Source of the DNA: a virus | Reading direction: 5' to 3' (one strand) | IMG/VR virus record: IMGVR_UViG_3300017917_003565 | Coordinates: 32,001 to 96,000 of that record | DNA length: 64,000 nt | In this document: positions 44,792 to 54,099 of the stretch, piece after piece | Layout of the letters: each line of letters starts with the position of its first letter | Position numbering within the stretch: the stretch's first letter is position 1 | Notes under the pieces: generated by a model | Seen by the model: only the letters and a program-made list of their open reading frames with translations | Told to the model about the DNA's origin: nothing | Databases searched by the model: none | Made by a program: the position numbers and the translations under genes

Positions 44792-45828
44792 TACATCAGC
44801 CCTAGTTCTACCGCACGTTCATAGACCTGCTGGCTGGCAAGATTTTTACCTTTGGCTTCGACCTGAATGTCAAACTCGGAACTAAACGACAAGGCCCAGT
44901 CATTGACCTGTGTGTTCCACATAAAGTCCGAGTGGGCACGCAGTTTTTGTTTTTTTAGACCCTGGTCAAGAAGTGTTGCAAGATCAGGTCTAGTTCGGGT
45001 ACAATGATCCACAACAACATCTTCGCGACTAACACTGTAATGCATAGCAGGGCGCACACCACGCCAACTGTCAATAACCCGCTTCGTACGATCATCCTGG
45101 GCAGTGATATATTCACCGGTGTTGATCCAGTGGTGATGTATATCCAATACAAGAGCAACATGCTCGCCCACAGCAAGAGTAGTGTCAAGACCATTTGATA
45201 TTTCGTCGTTTTCTATAGTTATGAGGTTGCGAGCCTCGGGGCTAAGTTTGCCCAGAGTCTGCAGGAACTTGGTGGCACCGCCCTTGCCTGACAAGTGTAC
45301 ATTGATCTTGAATCCAGAATCATGCCATTCGGCGCCATAGCCCATCCAGCGGGCCATGTCTGCATGGTATTCAAACTCTAAGATACTGCGTTCTACGATG
45401 CCGTCATTTTCTGACGCCAGCACACAAAACTGTCCTGGATGAAAACTTAATCGCACATCCAGTCTGCGAGCTGTTTCACCGATGGGTGCAAAAATCCGTT
45501 CCAAATGACGCTGGATGTCGGGTTGTTGCCACCAGTCGATCCATGATGGTTCTGTGTAGCCCTGTAGCATTTCACTACCCAAGCGAACCATTCTGCGTTC
45601 TGGGGGTAACGTAGCCACACGTTCAATCAGGCGCACAGCAGCCGCGGCATTGTGATTCATGATGTCCCACTGACGCTGTTCAGCTTCATCTTTGTGTTCG
45701 CGTAACCAACGCATTGTAGTTGAACGCCCGTTAAGGTCCCGATCTTTTGCGTTGACTTTCATGCCGCCACATTCTGAGGGGTCATTGAGCCATTTGCAGC
45801 AGAAGCCAATGCGTTTGAGTGTTGTCAT
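44791..45828 (-). CDS. uvsE: UV damage endonuclease UvsE/UVDE
   Basis: RIGF.C, RLSFHPGQF.VL.S, INVH, IENDE, LDIHHH, HYS.SR, AHSD, VEAK.K. Confidence 0.9.
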   Translation of the reverse strand: MTTLKRIGFCCKWLNDPSECGGMKVNAKDRDLNGRSTTMRWLREHKDEAEQRQWDIMNHNAAAAVRLIERVATLPPERRMVRLGSEMLQGYTEPSWIDWWQQPDIQRHLERIFAPIGETARRLDVRLSFHPGQFCVLASENDGIVERSILEFEYHADMARWMGYGAEWHDSGFKINVHLSGKGGATKFLQTLGKLSPEARNLITIENDEISNGLDTTLAVGEHVALVLDIHHHWINTGEYITAQDDRTKRVIDSWRGVRPAMHYSVSREDVVVDHCTRTRPDLATLLDQGLKKQKLRAHSDFMWNTQVNDWALSFSSEFDIQVEAKGKNLASQQVYERAVELGLM

Positions 45829-45919
45829 AGTCGCGATTGTTGAGTGTATAAATAGTTATTATAGCATCATTTGATTAAAATATCAAGAGAATGCGAACGA
45901 CTGCAAAAGGAGACCCAAA

Positions 45920-46216
45920 ATGGCAGACACAATCCGAACTATCAGCAGATATTCTTGCCCTCTTATAAACAATCCTAACAACAAGGATGTGCCCGGAGTA
46001 CAGGATTGGTTTGATTATATCGGTCCAAAACTGGACCAAATGGTAGCCGAAGGCAAAACTACCATGCGTAACGCCATTCTAGGACCGCAGGGACCCACTG
46101 AGTGGGAATATATCCGCACCTGGAGAGACGAAGCAGCGGCACAGGAGTTCTGTGATTATGCTGATCTCAAACGAGGACATAGATTGATCTCTCGTACCAT
46201 TGAACCCATAGTATAA
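45920..46216 (+). CDS. Hypothetical protein, tandem paralogue A
   Basis: TATAAATA at 45846-45853; AAGGAG RBS. Confidence 0.75.
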   Translation: MADTIRTISRYSCPLINNPNNKDVPGVQDWFDYIGPKLDQMVAEGKTTMRNAILGPQGPTEWEYIRTWRDEAAAQEFCDYADLKRGHRLISRTIEPIV

Positions 46217-46224
46217 GGACACCC

Positions 46225-46509
46225 ATGGCCGATACCATAAGAACCATCAGCAGATATTCCTGCCCGTTGATAGATTTGTGTAAACCAGGAGTACAGGATT
46301 GGTATGACTACATTGGACCCAAACTGGACCAAATGGTAGCCGAAGGTAAAACCGAACGACGCAACGCCATACTAGGTGAACAAGGGCCCACCGAGTGGGA
46401 ATATATCCGCACCTGGAGAGACGAAGCAGCAGCTCAAGAATTTTGTGACTTTGCTGATCTCAAACGAGGTCATAGATTGATCTCGCGCAGGATCGAACCC
46501 ATAACCTAG
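46225..46509 (+). CDS. Hypothetical protein, tandem paralogue B
   Basis: Nearly identical protein to 45920-46216; AAGGA RBS. Confidence 0.75.
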   Translation: MADTIRTISRYSCPLIDLCKPGVQDWYDYIGPKLDQMVAEGKTERRNAILGEQGPTEWEYIRTWRDEAAAQEFCDFADLKRGHRLISRRIEPIT

Positions 46510-47066
46510 TCTGTTTTTAACAATGCCAGGACACCCTGCAGGGTGTCTTGGGTAAAGTTTGGTACACCTTCCAACTCTTTCATAGGATCTCCAAGATGAT
46601 CCACCAAGACCCATTGTACCTGGGTGTTTTCTGTCATGACTTGTCTGATCAAGGTGCGATAGTTCTGCGCAGCATGTTCCTGTAGACGATCAGGATTTTT
46701 AGCCCGAACTCTCCAGTCAAACCCCAGCAACAACACGATATCACTTTGGCTGCTGGCCAGGTGCATGGCAATGATTTCTTCTTTGTTGTCCAGATCCAGC
46801 ACTGTGGTAGCACCATATAGTTTCACAGGCGAAGGTCGATCCAGTGTTTGGAACAATGATTCAGGAATATAAAAGTTACAATGATCCTGGAATCGTCGAG
46901 CTGTCAACGATTGCGCTCGATCCAAATCATTGCAGATCACATTGTCGGTGCCGCAGGCTCGCCAGGTCTGCCAGCCTCCCCAGAACGACCCAATGGCTTT
47001 CAACTGACTAAGATCAACCATGGGGTCTGGTATGTAATGATTGGCCAACACCCAGCTTATATTCAT
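46506..47066 (-). CDS. Hypothetical protein, weakly GT-D/MAF(DUF115)-like
   Basis: N-terminal WVLAN, 'AMHLA....D.VLLLGFD' motif; ATGA coupling. Confidence 0.45.
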   Translation of the reverse strand: MNISWVLANHYIPDPMVDLSQLKAIGSFWGGWQTWRACGTDNVICNDLDRAQSLTARRFQDHCNFYIPESLFQTLDRPSPVKLYGATTVLDLDNKEEIIAMHLASSQSDIVLLLGFDWRVRAKNPDRLQEHAAQNYRTLIRQVMTENTQVQWVLVDHLGDPMKELEGVPNFTQDTLQGVLALLKTD

Positions 47067-48343
47067 TCTGCGCTCTTGAGTGTTTGCCACTTGAAGGCGC
47101 CCAAGCATACCCAGGCAAACACACGATCATTTGCTGGATTGGCGTTAAACACTATGTCTCCACGAGTACCGGACCATCCTGGAACCTGGGCCGAATGGCT
47201 GATACGATGTTGTCCTACCTGCAGTTGTTTGATCGTGGTCAACCCAGTGACAGCAACCTCTATTTGTGGTTCACGGTTCACTCCTATGACCAGGCTTTGA
47301 TCTCTGTTGGTACCCATATAGGCCTGGTTGAGTTTGTGTTTACCGATCACTATGCTGACTTCTTCATCCCAGATGCCTAGAGCTTTTTCTGGAGTGTCGT
47401 TGTTGATGCCCACACGCTTGTTTAACACAGTCATGGTGGTGTTGTTAAATCTGGCTTCACCTTGCACACGTAAACTACGGAGTCTGCCCACAGATTGCAG
47501 ATTACTGTCGACCACGGTGTCTGTGAGTCGGTTGCCTTCGATCACCGGATCATCTCCCAGTCGTATCTGTTCAAACTTGATGCCTTGGCTTTGTATCTGC
47601 TCAGTGACTTCCTGTACCAAGCGGCCGTTCCATTCTGCGGTCAACTTGTCCAGAGTCTGCTGGCTAATATGACTAGACAATGCAGACCAGGAATCGTTGT
47701 CGGTGTTAATGCTGCCGGTGACCACGAGATTTTGTACCTGCAGTGATTCCTGTGCCTGTATATTTTTAGCATGTAACACATTTTCTATCACCACTGCATC
47801 ATCCATCACAGTGAGTTCACACTGTCCCGCACGATCTACGATGCCAGAACTGGTAAAGTTTTCTAGTAGTCCTGTGGTGAATCGTTGCATGTAATCTTCC
47901 ACATACTGTTTGATCGACGGACCAAGATCTATGTTTCCTAGTCGCGCAAGAGTTTCTTGCGCCACGGCTTGGGTTATCAATCTTTCTACCTGGGCTTGCC
48001 AGGCAGGGTCTTGCCCAAATTGGTCCACAGATGACTGTATTATTTGTTCTACCGCTGAATCCACAGAGTGTTTGATCTTGTTGTGATCCACAAACTGTTG
48101 TACGCCCGGGATCAACCCGGCTTCAAACATTTCATTTACACTGGTCTTGACTGCTTGTATGATTTCCGGCATGGTCTCGCTGTTGGCAAACTTGGCCAGG
48201 ATTCGATCTTGGGTGTATTGCAAGATCTTTTGTTCTAGAGATTCTATCCATTGATCAGAAGTCAACACGTCCAGTACCTGTTGGTTGACTTCCGTGGCAA
48301 TCTGTTTTTGTATCATGTCAGTGATGGCTTGTGTATCAAGCAT
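47063..48343 (-). CDS. Hypothetical, likely structural protein
   Basis: Coiled N-terminus; V..SNL.SVG.L, RVGIN...P, GDIVFN..P......W.C. Confidence 0.6.
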   Translation of the reverse strand: MLDTQAITDMIQKQIATEVNQQVLDVLTSDQWIESLEQKILQYTQDRILAKFANSETMPEIIQAVKTSVNEMFEAGLIPGVQQFVDHNKIKHSVDSAVEQIIQSSVDQFGQDPAWQAQVERLITQAVAQETLARLGNIDLGPSIKQYVEDYMQRFTTGLLENFTSSGIVDRAGQCELTVMDDAVVIENVLHAKNIQAQESLQVQNLVVTGSINTDNDSWSALSSHISQQTLDKLTAEWNGRLVQEVTEQIQSQGIKFEQIRLGDDPVIEGNRLTDTVVDSNLQSVGRLRSLRVQGEARFNNTTMTVLNKRVGINNDTPEKALGIWDEEVSIVIGKHKLNQAYMGTNRDQSLVIGVNREPQIEVAVTGLTTIKQLQVGQHRISHSAQVPGWSGTRGDIVFNANPANDRVFAWVCLGAFKWQTLKSAE

Positions 48344-49259
48344 GTTGTCTCCTGGTATCCAAGGTCACACAATGAAATCCACCGCCCAAGGTGCGGCTGT
48401 GACTCAAAGTCAATGGTATAACATCAAAACGGTGTTGCTTCAATCGATCAATGAGTTGTGTCTGCGCCGCATCCATGATCACTGTTTCCGGATCCAGTAC
48501 CAGCATGTTCATGGCTATCCATTTTGACGCATAGGGATATTGATAAAAACTCTGCGGCACTATCATATCATCAGTGACCCAGATCTTTTCCCAATGATCA
48601 AATGCCTTGGGACAGTTGTCGGGCGTTACTCGATTGGCATTGAGCAGGACCAGGCCTTGCCGCAAAGGTACTATGGTCGAATCAATATGTACCCCTGAAT
48701 AAAAGTTACAGAGTTCGATGTTGATGTGAGGGAACTGGGCACATAACCACTCATAGGCTGCACGATTGCCTGACGCAGACTCCAGGAACAACCATGTGTT
48801 TCCCAGTCTGCACACATTGGCTGCATCTAATATCATCCCCTGATCTCTCGGCATGCGTATCACAGTTCGGGCATCTTCCAATAATCTGCTGTAGTTTTGG
48901 ATCTCTTGATCGCGGCAAGGATACATCATGTTGACATCCACTACTACATCACCATGTATCAGCAGTCGATCTCGAGGACAATAGTTGTACATGCCTTGAG
49001 TCTGTACAAAATCCATGAGACGCGGTCTGTACACTGTGGCACCATAGCGTGCCAGTGTTTCGCATAGGCCGTCTAGCTCTCGATTGGTTTGATCTATGAT
49101 ATGCCCGGGAACAGGACCCGATGGAACCGGTGATTCAGTCCAGGTAGTCTTTGAACCTTCGTTAGCAAACACCGGATCAGTGCTGGGCCAGTTGGCCGCT
49201 GTGGCCGATCCTACTATGATGGACTGCAACGGATCCCATTCATTGCGAGTATCAACCAT
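48336..49259 (-). CDS. Amidinotransferase (glycine/inosamine amidinotransferase family)
   Basis: NEWDPL...IVG, CPRD, DAAN, HIDST, GGGFHC.T.D (Cys-His-Asp triad). Confidence 0.9.
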   Translation of the reverse strand: MVDTRNEWDPLQSIIVGSATAANWPSTDPVFANEGSKTTWTESPVPSGPVPGHIIDQTNRELDGLCETLARYGATVYRPRLMDFVQTQGMYNYCPRDRLLIHGDVVVDVNMMYPCRDQEIQNYSRLLEDARTVIRMPRDQGMILDAANVCRLGNTWLFLESASGNRAAYEWLCAQFPHINIELCNFYSGVHIDSTIVPLRQGLVLLNANRVTPDNCPKAFDHWEKIWVTDDMIVPQSFYQYPYASKWIAMNMLVLDPETVIMDAAQTQLIDRLKQHRFDVIPLTLSHSRTLGGGFHCVTLDTRRQHA

Positions 49260-49791
49260 CTACATGTCCTGTGATCTGTAGAGTATATCTGGGAGCCAGT
49301 CCTAGGTTGGCTGCCATGTGAGGAGTATCGTAGGCCCATTCTACCACAGCACCTGCTCGCCAGTCCACAAAAGCTCGATCTTGGTATTCAGCATAGTGGC
49401 CAGGTTGCCAGTCTTCTAAAAATATCACGGCTCTACGGATGGTATGTTCAAGACCTTGTAGATCAAAAAGTTCAATATACTTTTTATAGAGATCACTGTG
49501 AGTGGGCAATATGGTGCCGGGCCCCATACGATAATAACTGGTCCCAACATCACGCCACCCTTGGCCTTCGAAGATTTCTATGAATCGATTATTCCAGGCA
49601 GGTTGAGGACTGCGCATGTCACACATGGCCCCGGTAAAGTTATTGCCGTATCCTTGGTTCAACCAGATTTCCACCTGGTCTGGATCGTTGAATGCTTCAG
49701 TAATATACTCCAACGATTTGTAAGATTCATCCCAAAAAGGATACAGTTGATACCTGTGTGTTTGGTGTTTTTTAGTAGGTGTAGACTGCAT
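49252..49791 (-). CDS. 2OG-Fe(II)/cupin oxygenase-like protein
   Basis: PG.ILP.HSD, R..IFLEDW.PGH, H.AAN.G...RYTLQITG. Confidence 0.7.
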   Translation of the reverse strand: MQSTPTKKHQTHRYQLYPFWDESYKSLEYITEAFNDPDQVEIWLNQGYGNNFTGAMCDMRSPQPAWNNRFIEIFEGQGWRDVGTSYYRMGPGTILPTHSDLYKKYIELFDLQGLEHTIRRAVIFLEDWQPGHYAEYQDRAFVDWRAGAVVEWAYDTPHMAANLGLAPRYTLQITGHVDG

Positions 49792-49807
49792 CAATAAATA
49801 TTTTCCT

Positions 49808-51112
49808 ATGACTGTTCCTTTAGATTTGATGTATCATTACATACACGACGTTGCCTGTAAAATCTATGGAGGTAACACGTTAATTTATCGTTTCTGGCCA
49901 CACGGAAGTAAAAATATAACCAATCTGGCTCTCATGGGCAAGCACGATATCCTAACACGAGTGACCAGTCCACAGATCTGGTGCAACGATCAAGAACCTC
50001 TAGATCATGAATATTATCGTATTAATCTGCACAACGAGTTTACCGAAAAGCATCTGCGTTCCATACTGGTATTGAAATCTATTGCACAGTATCGTCAGCG
50101 TATCAATCTCAACTATGCCTACAATGCTTTTACCAAAAGTATCTTGTTACACAGCGAGCGCAGATCCGCAGAAGTAGAAAAATACATCCGTGACGGCGAA
50201 CTGATTCCTGTATACTATTGGAATCATGCTATAGTGGCACTTGATTGGTATCGTTATGCGCAGTACACTACATTTGCCAAACTGCCGCAGACCAAGAAGT
50301 TTTTGATCTACAATCGAGCCTGGAGCGGTACTAGAGAATATCGCATCAAGTTTGCAGATCTTTTACAACATCATGATCTAGTTAGACAGTGCCAGACCAC
50401 GTTCAACTCAGTCGATCCTGAGTCAGGATCGCGCTATCAAGATCATGTGTTCCGAAATCCCCAATGGAAACCTGTGCATCAGTTGGAAGATTGTTTTGAA
50501 TCTAATGCCACACCCAGCACGGCCAGTGCGGACTTTGTGGCCGAGGACTACAATGGCACCGATATTGAAGTGGTATTAGAAACCCTGTTCGACGATGGTC
50601 GTTTGCACCTCACAGAAAAAAGCCTGCGGCCCATGGCCTGCGGTCAGCCTTTTATATTGGCAGCTCCTCATGGTAGCCTGCAATATCTACGTGACTATGG
50701 ATTTCGGACCTTTGATACAGTATGGAACGAAGACTACGACACTATTGAAGATCCTGAGCAAAGGTTACAGGCCATTGTAGATTTAATGTGTGAAATCACC
50801 ACCTGGACACCTGCAGTGAGACAGCAAAAGTTGGCCCAGGCCCAGGCTATCGCAGATCACAATCGAGCTTGGTTTTTTGATCCGGTATTTGGTCGTACAA
50901 TCGAAAACGAACTAGAAACCAACATGCGAGCTGGCATAGAAGAGCTAAAATCTGCAGGTCTCAATGCCAACTACATCGCACACTGGCCCGTGGCATTATC
51001 ATATCCGGAGGTTGCTGCCTGGTATCATGAACTGGGTGTGCCTACGGATCATCATCGTTTCCTTGGGCAGTTAAACAACCGTATCAAAGAACTCAAACAA
51101 AAGATATCCTAA
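49808..51112 (+). CDS. Glycosyltransferase-like phage protein
   Basis: VV.ET ... LTEK..RP....QPF ... L...GF.TF...W.E.YD.I.D...R motif. Confidence 0.55.
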   Translation: MTVPLDLMYHYIHDVACKIYGGNTLIYRFWPHGSKNITNLALMGKHDILTRVTSPQIWCNDQEPLDHEYYRINLHNEFTEKHLRSILVLKSIAQYRQRINLNYAYNAFTKSILLHSERRSAEVEKYIRDGELIPVYYWNHAIVALDWYRYAQYTTFAKLPQTKKFLIYNRAWSGTREYRIKFADLLQHHDLVRQCQTTFNSVDPESGSRYQDHVFRNPQWKPVHQLEDCFESNATPSTASADFVAEDYNGTDIEVVLETLFDDGRLHLTEKSLRPMACGQPFILAAPHGSLQYLRDYGFRTFDTVWNEDYDTIEDPEQRLQAIVDLMCEITTWTPAVRQQKLAQAQAIADHNRAWFFDPVFGRTIENELETNMRAGIEELKSAGLNANYIAHWPVALSYPEVAAWYHELGVPTDHHRFLGQLNNRIKELKQKIS

Positions 51113-51324
51113 TCAGCTTTGATACCATTCATAGTCACATGAGTCAACCATCGGTTGGTTTCTGATTGCACTTCTGGCAATCGAGATGGCATGTACCAGA
51201 GATTCAAAAAAGTATAGACCCAGCAATCAAACATCCAGTTACAATAGCTGTTGACTGGTTGCAACACGAATGCCAGATTGGGATCTTCTGCTGCTTGTTG
51301 CCAATGATCAGCCCAGGGCATCAT
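51109..51324 (-). CDS. Hypothetical protein
   Basis: ATGA coupling to 51321-51530. Confidence 0.45.
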   Translation of the reverse strand: MMPWADHWQQAAEDPNLAFVLQPVNSYCNWMFDCWVYTFLNLWYMPSRLPEVQSETNRWLTHVTMNGIKAD

Positions 51325-51530
51325 TGTGGTCTGCTCTGGATGAATGCCTGCGACAACCCGTATTCTGCAAACACAAAGAAAACAACACACAGTATCAGGA
51401 GTCCCAGCAGGGATTTGCCAGATCCTAGCACAGACTTGACGCATAGGTATAAAAACCCATACAAAAAAGCCAACAATATCACTATACACACAAATGCCAA
51501 CATAGGTCTATCTCCTAACCAGCAGTACAT
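51321..51530 (-). CDS. Two-TM membrane protein
   Basis: TAAATA at 51548-51553. Confidence 0.6.
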   Translation of the reverse strand: MYCWLGDRPMLAFVCIVILLAFLYGFLYLCVKSVLGSGKSLLGLLILCVVFFVFAEYGLSQAFIQSRPQ

Positions 51531-51570
51531 TTTTTTCTATCGTTATGTATTTAACTTAAATATCTACCTT

Positions 51571-51921
51571 ATGTATTGGGGATATCACTTACTGCTTGAC
51601 TGTTCAGGATGCACGGGTATAGACAGTCGCGACAACATCTACCGTTTTGTCAAAGATCTGGTGGCACGCATAGACATGACCGCACACGGAGAACCCATTA
51701 TCGAGTACTTGTTACCCGGAGATCCCAAACAAGGTTATAGTCTCATGCAGTTGATCACCACTTCGAATATTGCTGGGCATTTCATGGAACTGGATGGCAC
51801 AGCCTATTTTGATATATTTTCGTGCAAAGAGTTTGATATTGAAGTGGCTAAGCAAGTGGTGCGTGATTATTTTGCACCCGATCGTATGCGTGTGAATTTC
51901 CTGACACGTCATGCCGATTGA
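51571..51921 (+). CDS. speD: S-adenosylmethionine decarboxylase proenzyme (class 1B-like)
   Basis: GYHLLLD..GC, G.S..QLI.TS.I..H, Y.DIFSCK.FD; start corrected to MYWG. Confidence 0.8.
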   Translation: MYWGYHLLLDCSGCTGIDSRDNIYRFVKDLVARIDMTAHGEPIIEYLLPGDPKQGYSLMQLITTSNIAGHFMELDGTAYFDIFSCKEFDIEVAKQVVRDYFAPDRMRVNFLTRHAD

Positions 51922-52660
51922 GTTTCCGATACGTGTGCCTTACACCACTGCACCCCACATGGTGCGCAACACTGGTGCTATATTTCGTAGAGATCCCAGA
52001 CCTCGGTACCTACGCCAGAAAAAACAAGAACTAGAAAAGTACGACACTGACCTCTGGGCCGATATGCCAAAATCTCGCGAGTTGATACAACAAGCTACCC
52101 GAGAGTTGGGTCTGGTACAAACTTCCAACATCGTGAACTTTGCTCTGCAGATTGAAGAAGATGTAGCCATCATGCATCAAGGGCACCTAGTGGCTATATG
52201 TTTTTGTTTTCCTAGTTCGTGGATTCCGCGAGAACGCATAGGAATGTCATTAACTGATATTCATACACCTGTGGCTGACGGAGATCGATTGAGAACCATG
52301 AGCCAAAGAATAGCCGAAACCATGGCTGATCCCAAATCGGGCAGTTTTCTCAGACATGTGTGGACTGTTGCTACTTCAGGCGAGCTCAGTCAACATCCTT
52401 CCAACAAATCCGATCTTGTACCCAACAGCATTGACGATCTTTGGTTTAGATTAGAAACACAGACCACCATGCCTTTGGGTGATGGAGAGAGCAGTGTATT
52501 TTTTGTTCATGTGGAAACAGAACCGTTGTCTAACAGTTGGTCGCAACCAGACCGTCGTGCCCTGTTAATTGATAGTGTCAACTCAATGACTGATGCTGTG
52601 TTAGAGTATAAAAATCTACACACCATTAAAGAAATTTTCAACAAAAAAAAGACCCCGTAA
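51911..52660 (+). CDS. DUF3445 / haem-dependent oxidative N-demethylase alpha-subunit-like protein
   Basis: IEEDVAI, CFPSSW...E.IG.....IH.PV, R..W, R.E.QT. Confidence 0.75.
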   Translation: MPIEFPIRVPYTTAPHMVRNTGAIFRRDPRPRYLRQKKQELEKYDTDLWADMPKSRELIQQATRELGLVQTSNIVNFALQIEEDVAIMHQGHLVAICFCFPSSWIPRERIGMSLTDIHTPVADGDRLRTMSQRIAETMADPKSGSFLRHVWTVATSGELSQHPSNKSDLVPNSIDDLWFRLETQTTMPLGDGESSVFFVHVETEPLSNSWSQPDRRALLIDSVNSMTDAVLEYKNLHTIKEIFNKKKTP

Positions 52661-52667
52661 CGGGGCC
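52643..52667 (-). terminator. Intrinsic terminator (part of a larger two-state structure)
   Basis: GGCCCC-GTTAC-GGGGTC-TTTTTTTT. Confidence 0.75.
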
Positions 52668-52759
52668 TCAAATGTGTTACGGGGTCGACTCCTTGTAGTT
52701 GTAATGTCGACCCTGTATTTAAGAATGCATCTTAAAAAACATTTCTACTCAGTTTACTA

Positions 52760-52918
52760 CTACACTCTAGAGCGAACATCTGATTGCCAATGTTTGCCAC
52801 AGGTCTTTAGATATGAAGTCTGTCCTTTGATGTTTCTGTTTTCATAAATCTGCGAAGGGCGCGAACACCCGGGCCAGATGCACCAGGGTGCCGGAGTGTT
52901 GGGCACCGGTGTACTCAT
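52760..52918 (-). CDS. Small zinc-finger protein (52 aa)
   Basis: C-x4-C ... C-x2-H (CIWPGC...TCGKH); ATGA coupling. Confidence 0.55.
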   Translation of the reverse strand: MSTPVPNTPAPWCIWPGCSRPSQIYENRNIKGQTSYLKTCGKHWQSDVRSRV

Positions 52919-53076
52919 CTAGATTCAACTCTCCACATAGATTCCCGATGATCTTGTTCAACACCGTTGGTATCTTGTTCATCGTCTTGATATTCTTCCA
53001 GATGCTCAAGACTGGAACGATCTTTGCGCAGTTTTACTATGTACTCGGACAAGGTTCTAATGGTGTGCCCTTCCAT
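52915..53076 (-). CDS. Small acidic protein (53 aa)
   Basis: GAGGAG RBS. Confidence 0.55.
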   Translation of the reverse strand: MEGHTIRTLSEYIVKLRKDRSSLEHLEEYQDDEQDTNGVEQDHRESMWRVESR

Positions 53077-53099
53077 GATTTCTCCTCTAACACACCTAT

Positions 53100-53582
53100 T
53101 TATTTCCCTCCAGCCAAGGGATTGTCCAACGCCTTTTGTATTTTAACATCAACTTCTTTGCGTACCGCTCTAATGTCTTGCTCGGTCTCTCGACTGAGTT
53201 GTTTGCCATCGCGTTCCACTTGCTCTACCACCTTTTCCAATCTACGGATGTCTGCTTTGAGATCATTCTTGATGTCCTGTGTATATTGAACTGACTTCTC
53301 TGAGTTCTGCATGGTGATTTCCATCTTTTTGTTCAACTCGCTCAGATCTGGTGCCACATACTCGGCAATCTTTTTCTTCATGCCTTGGTAGTCCTTGTAC
53401 ACTTCAAAGGCTCCATACAATCCGCCCAAGGTAGAACTTATGATAGTTGCTGCTACCATGAGCTTGGCAGGTGTAAACTCGTAACCACCTATGCTGATCA
53501 CGGTGTCCTTGCTCATGTATTTTTTGGCCGCGGCTTCGAGCTCATCGACCTTGCTGTTTACGTCTTTTATTTCTGTAGCCAT
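53100..53582 (-). CDS. Membrane-anchored coiled-coil protein
   Basis: TLGG.LYG.FE.YKDY..M ... IQKAL.NPLA. Confidence 0.7.
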   Translation of the reverse strand: MATEIKDVNSKVDELEAAAKKYMSKDTVISIGGYEFTPAKLMVAATIISSTLGGLYGAFEVYKDYQGMKKKIAEYVAPDLSELNKKMEITMQNSEKSVQYTQDIKNDLKADIRRLEKVVEQVERDGKQLSRETEQDIRAVRKEVDVKIQKALDNPLAGGK

Positions 53583-53704
53583 TTTAATAATCCTTTAATC
53601 ATGCTGGGTTTACGCTCACGAACTTCTGCATCATGCAGATCCATGTAGCGTTGGATGTATTTTGTGTTGTTAAGAATGTAATCCATTCTTTGTTGTGTGT
53701 TCAT
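53567..53704 (-). CDS. Small hypothetical protein (45 aa)
   Basis: AAGGAG RBS. Confidence 0.5.
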   Translation of the reverse strand: MNTQQRMDYILNNTKYIQRYMDLHDAEVRERKPSMIKGLLKWLQK

Positions 53705-53723
53705 ATGATTCTCCTTGTTTTGA

Positions 53724-53927
53724 TTATTTTTTATCCAACCACGGATCCTTGCCGCCGGACCTTTTTATCTGCTGTGCCAATAAATCAATCTGTTGCTGTA
53801 GTTCCGTGTTTTTTCTTTCTATCGCACTCATGCGATGTTTGTCTGCATCTTGATCCCATTTGACCCATAAACACACAAAAGCTGATACAAGGCTTATGGT
53901 ATAGATAGCAAATATGATACCGTCCAT
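53724..53927 (-). CDS. Small membrane protein
   Basis: TM helix followed by a coiled coil. Confidence 0.55.
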   Translation of the reverse strand: MDGIIFAIYTISLVSAFVCLWVKWDQDADKHRMSAIERKNTELQQQIDLLAQQIKRSGGKDPWLDKK

Positions 53928-54091
53928 TATCGTCGCCCTATCATGAGTCTGTTGAGATACTGGTGATATTCCAGTTCATCCTTAAGATCGCATATTCGGA
54001 TGTAACAGTATACGATGCTTACTGAGCACGCCATCCACCATACCATAAACAAGTATTCAGCTAGGGTGTGTCCTAAATACAATTCATTCAT
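53927..54091 (-). CDS. Small membrane protein (54 aa)
   Basis: AGGAGCAG RBS; TAATG coupling. Confidence 0.55.
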   Translation of the reverse strand: MNELYLGHTLAEYLFMVWWMACSVSIVYCYIRICDLKDELEYHQYLNRLMIGRR

Positions 54092-54099
54092 GTCTGCTC

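Noticed and set aside
45920-46509. Diversity-generating retroelement template/variable repeat pair
   Set aside because: Differences are mostly synonymous and not adenine-specific, both copies are ORFs with an RBS, and no reverse transcriptase is in the window
51166-51570. N-terminal extension of SpeD in the ORF track
   Set aside because: It overlaps two minus-strand ORFs, and homology begins at MYWG (51571) right after TAAATA
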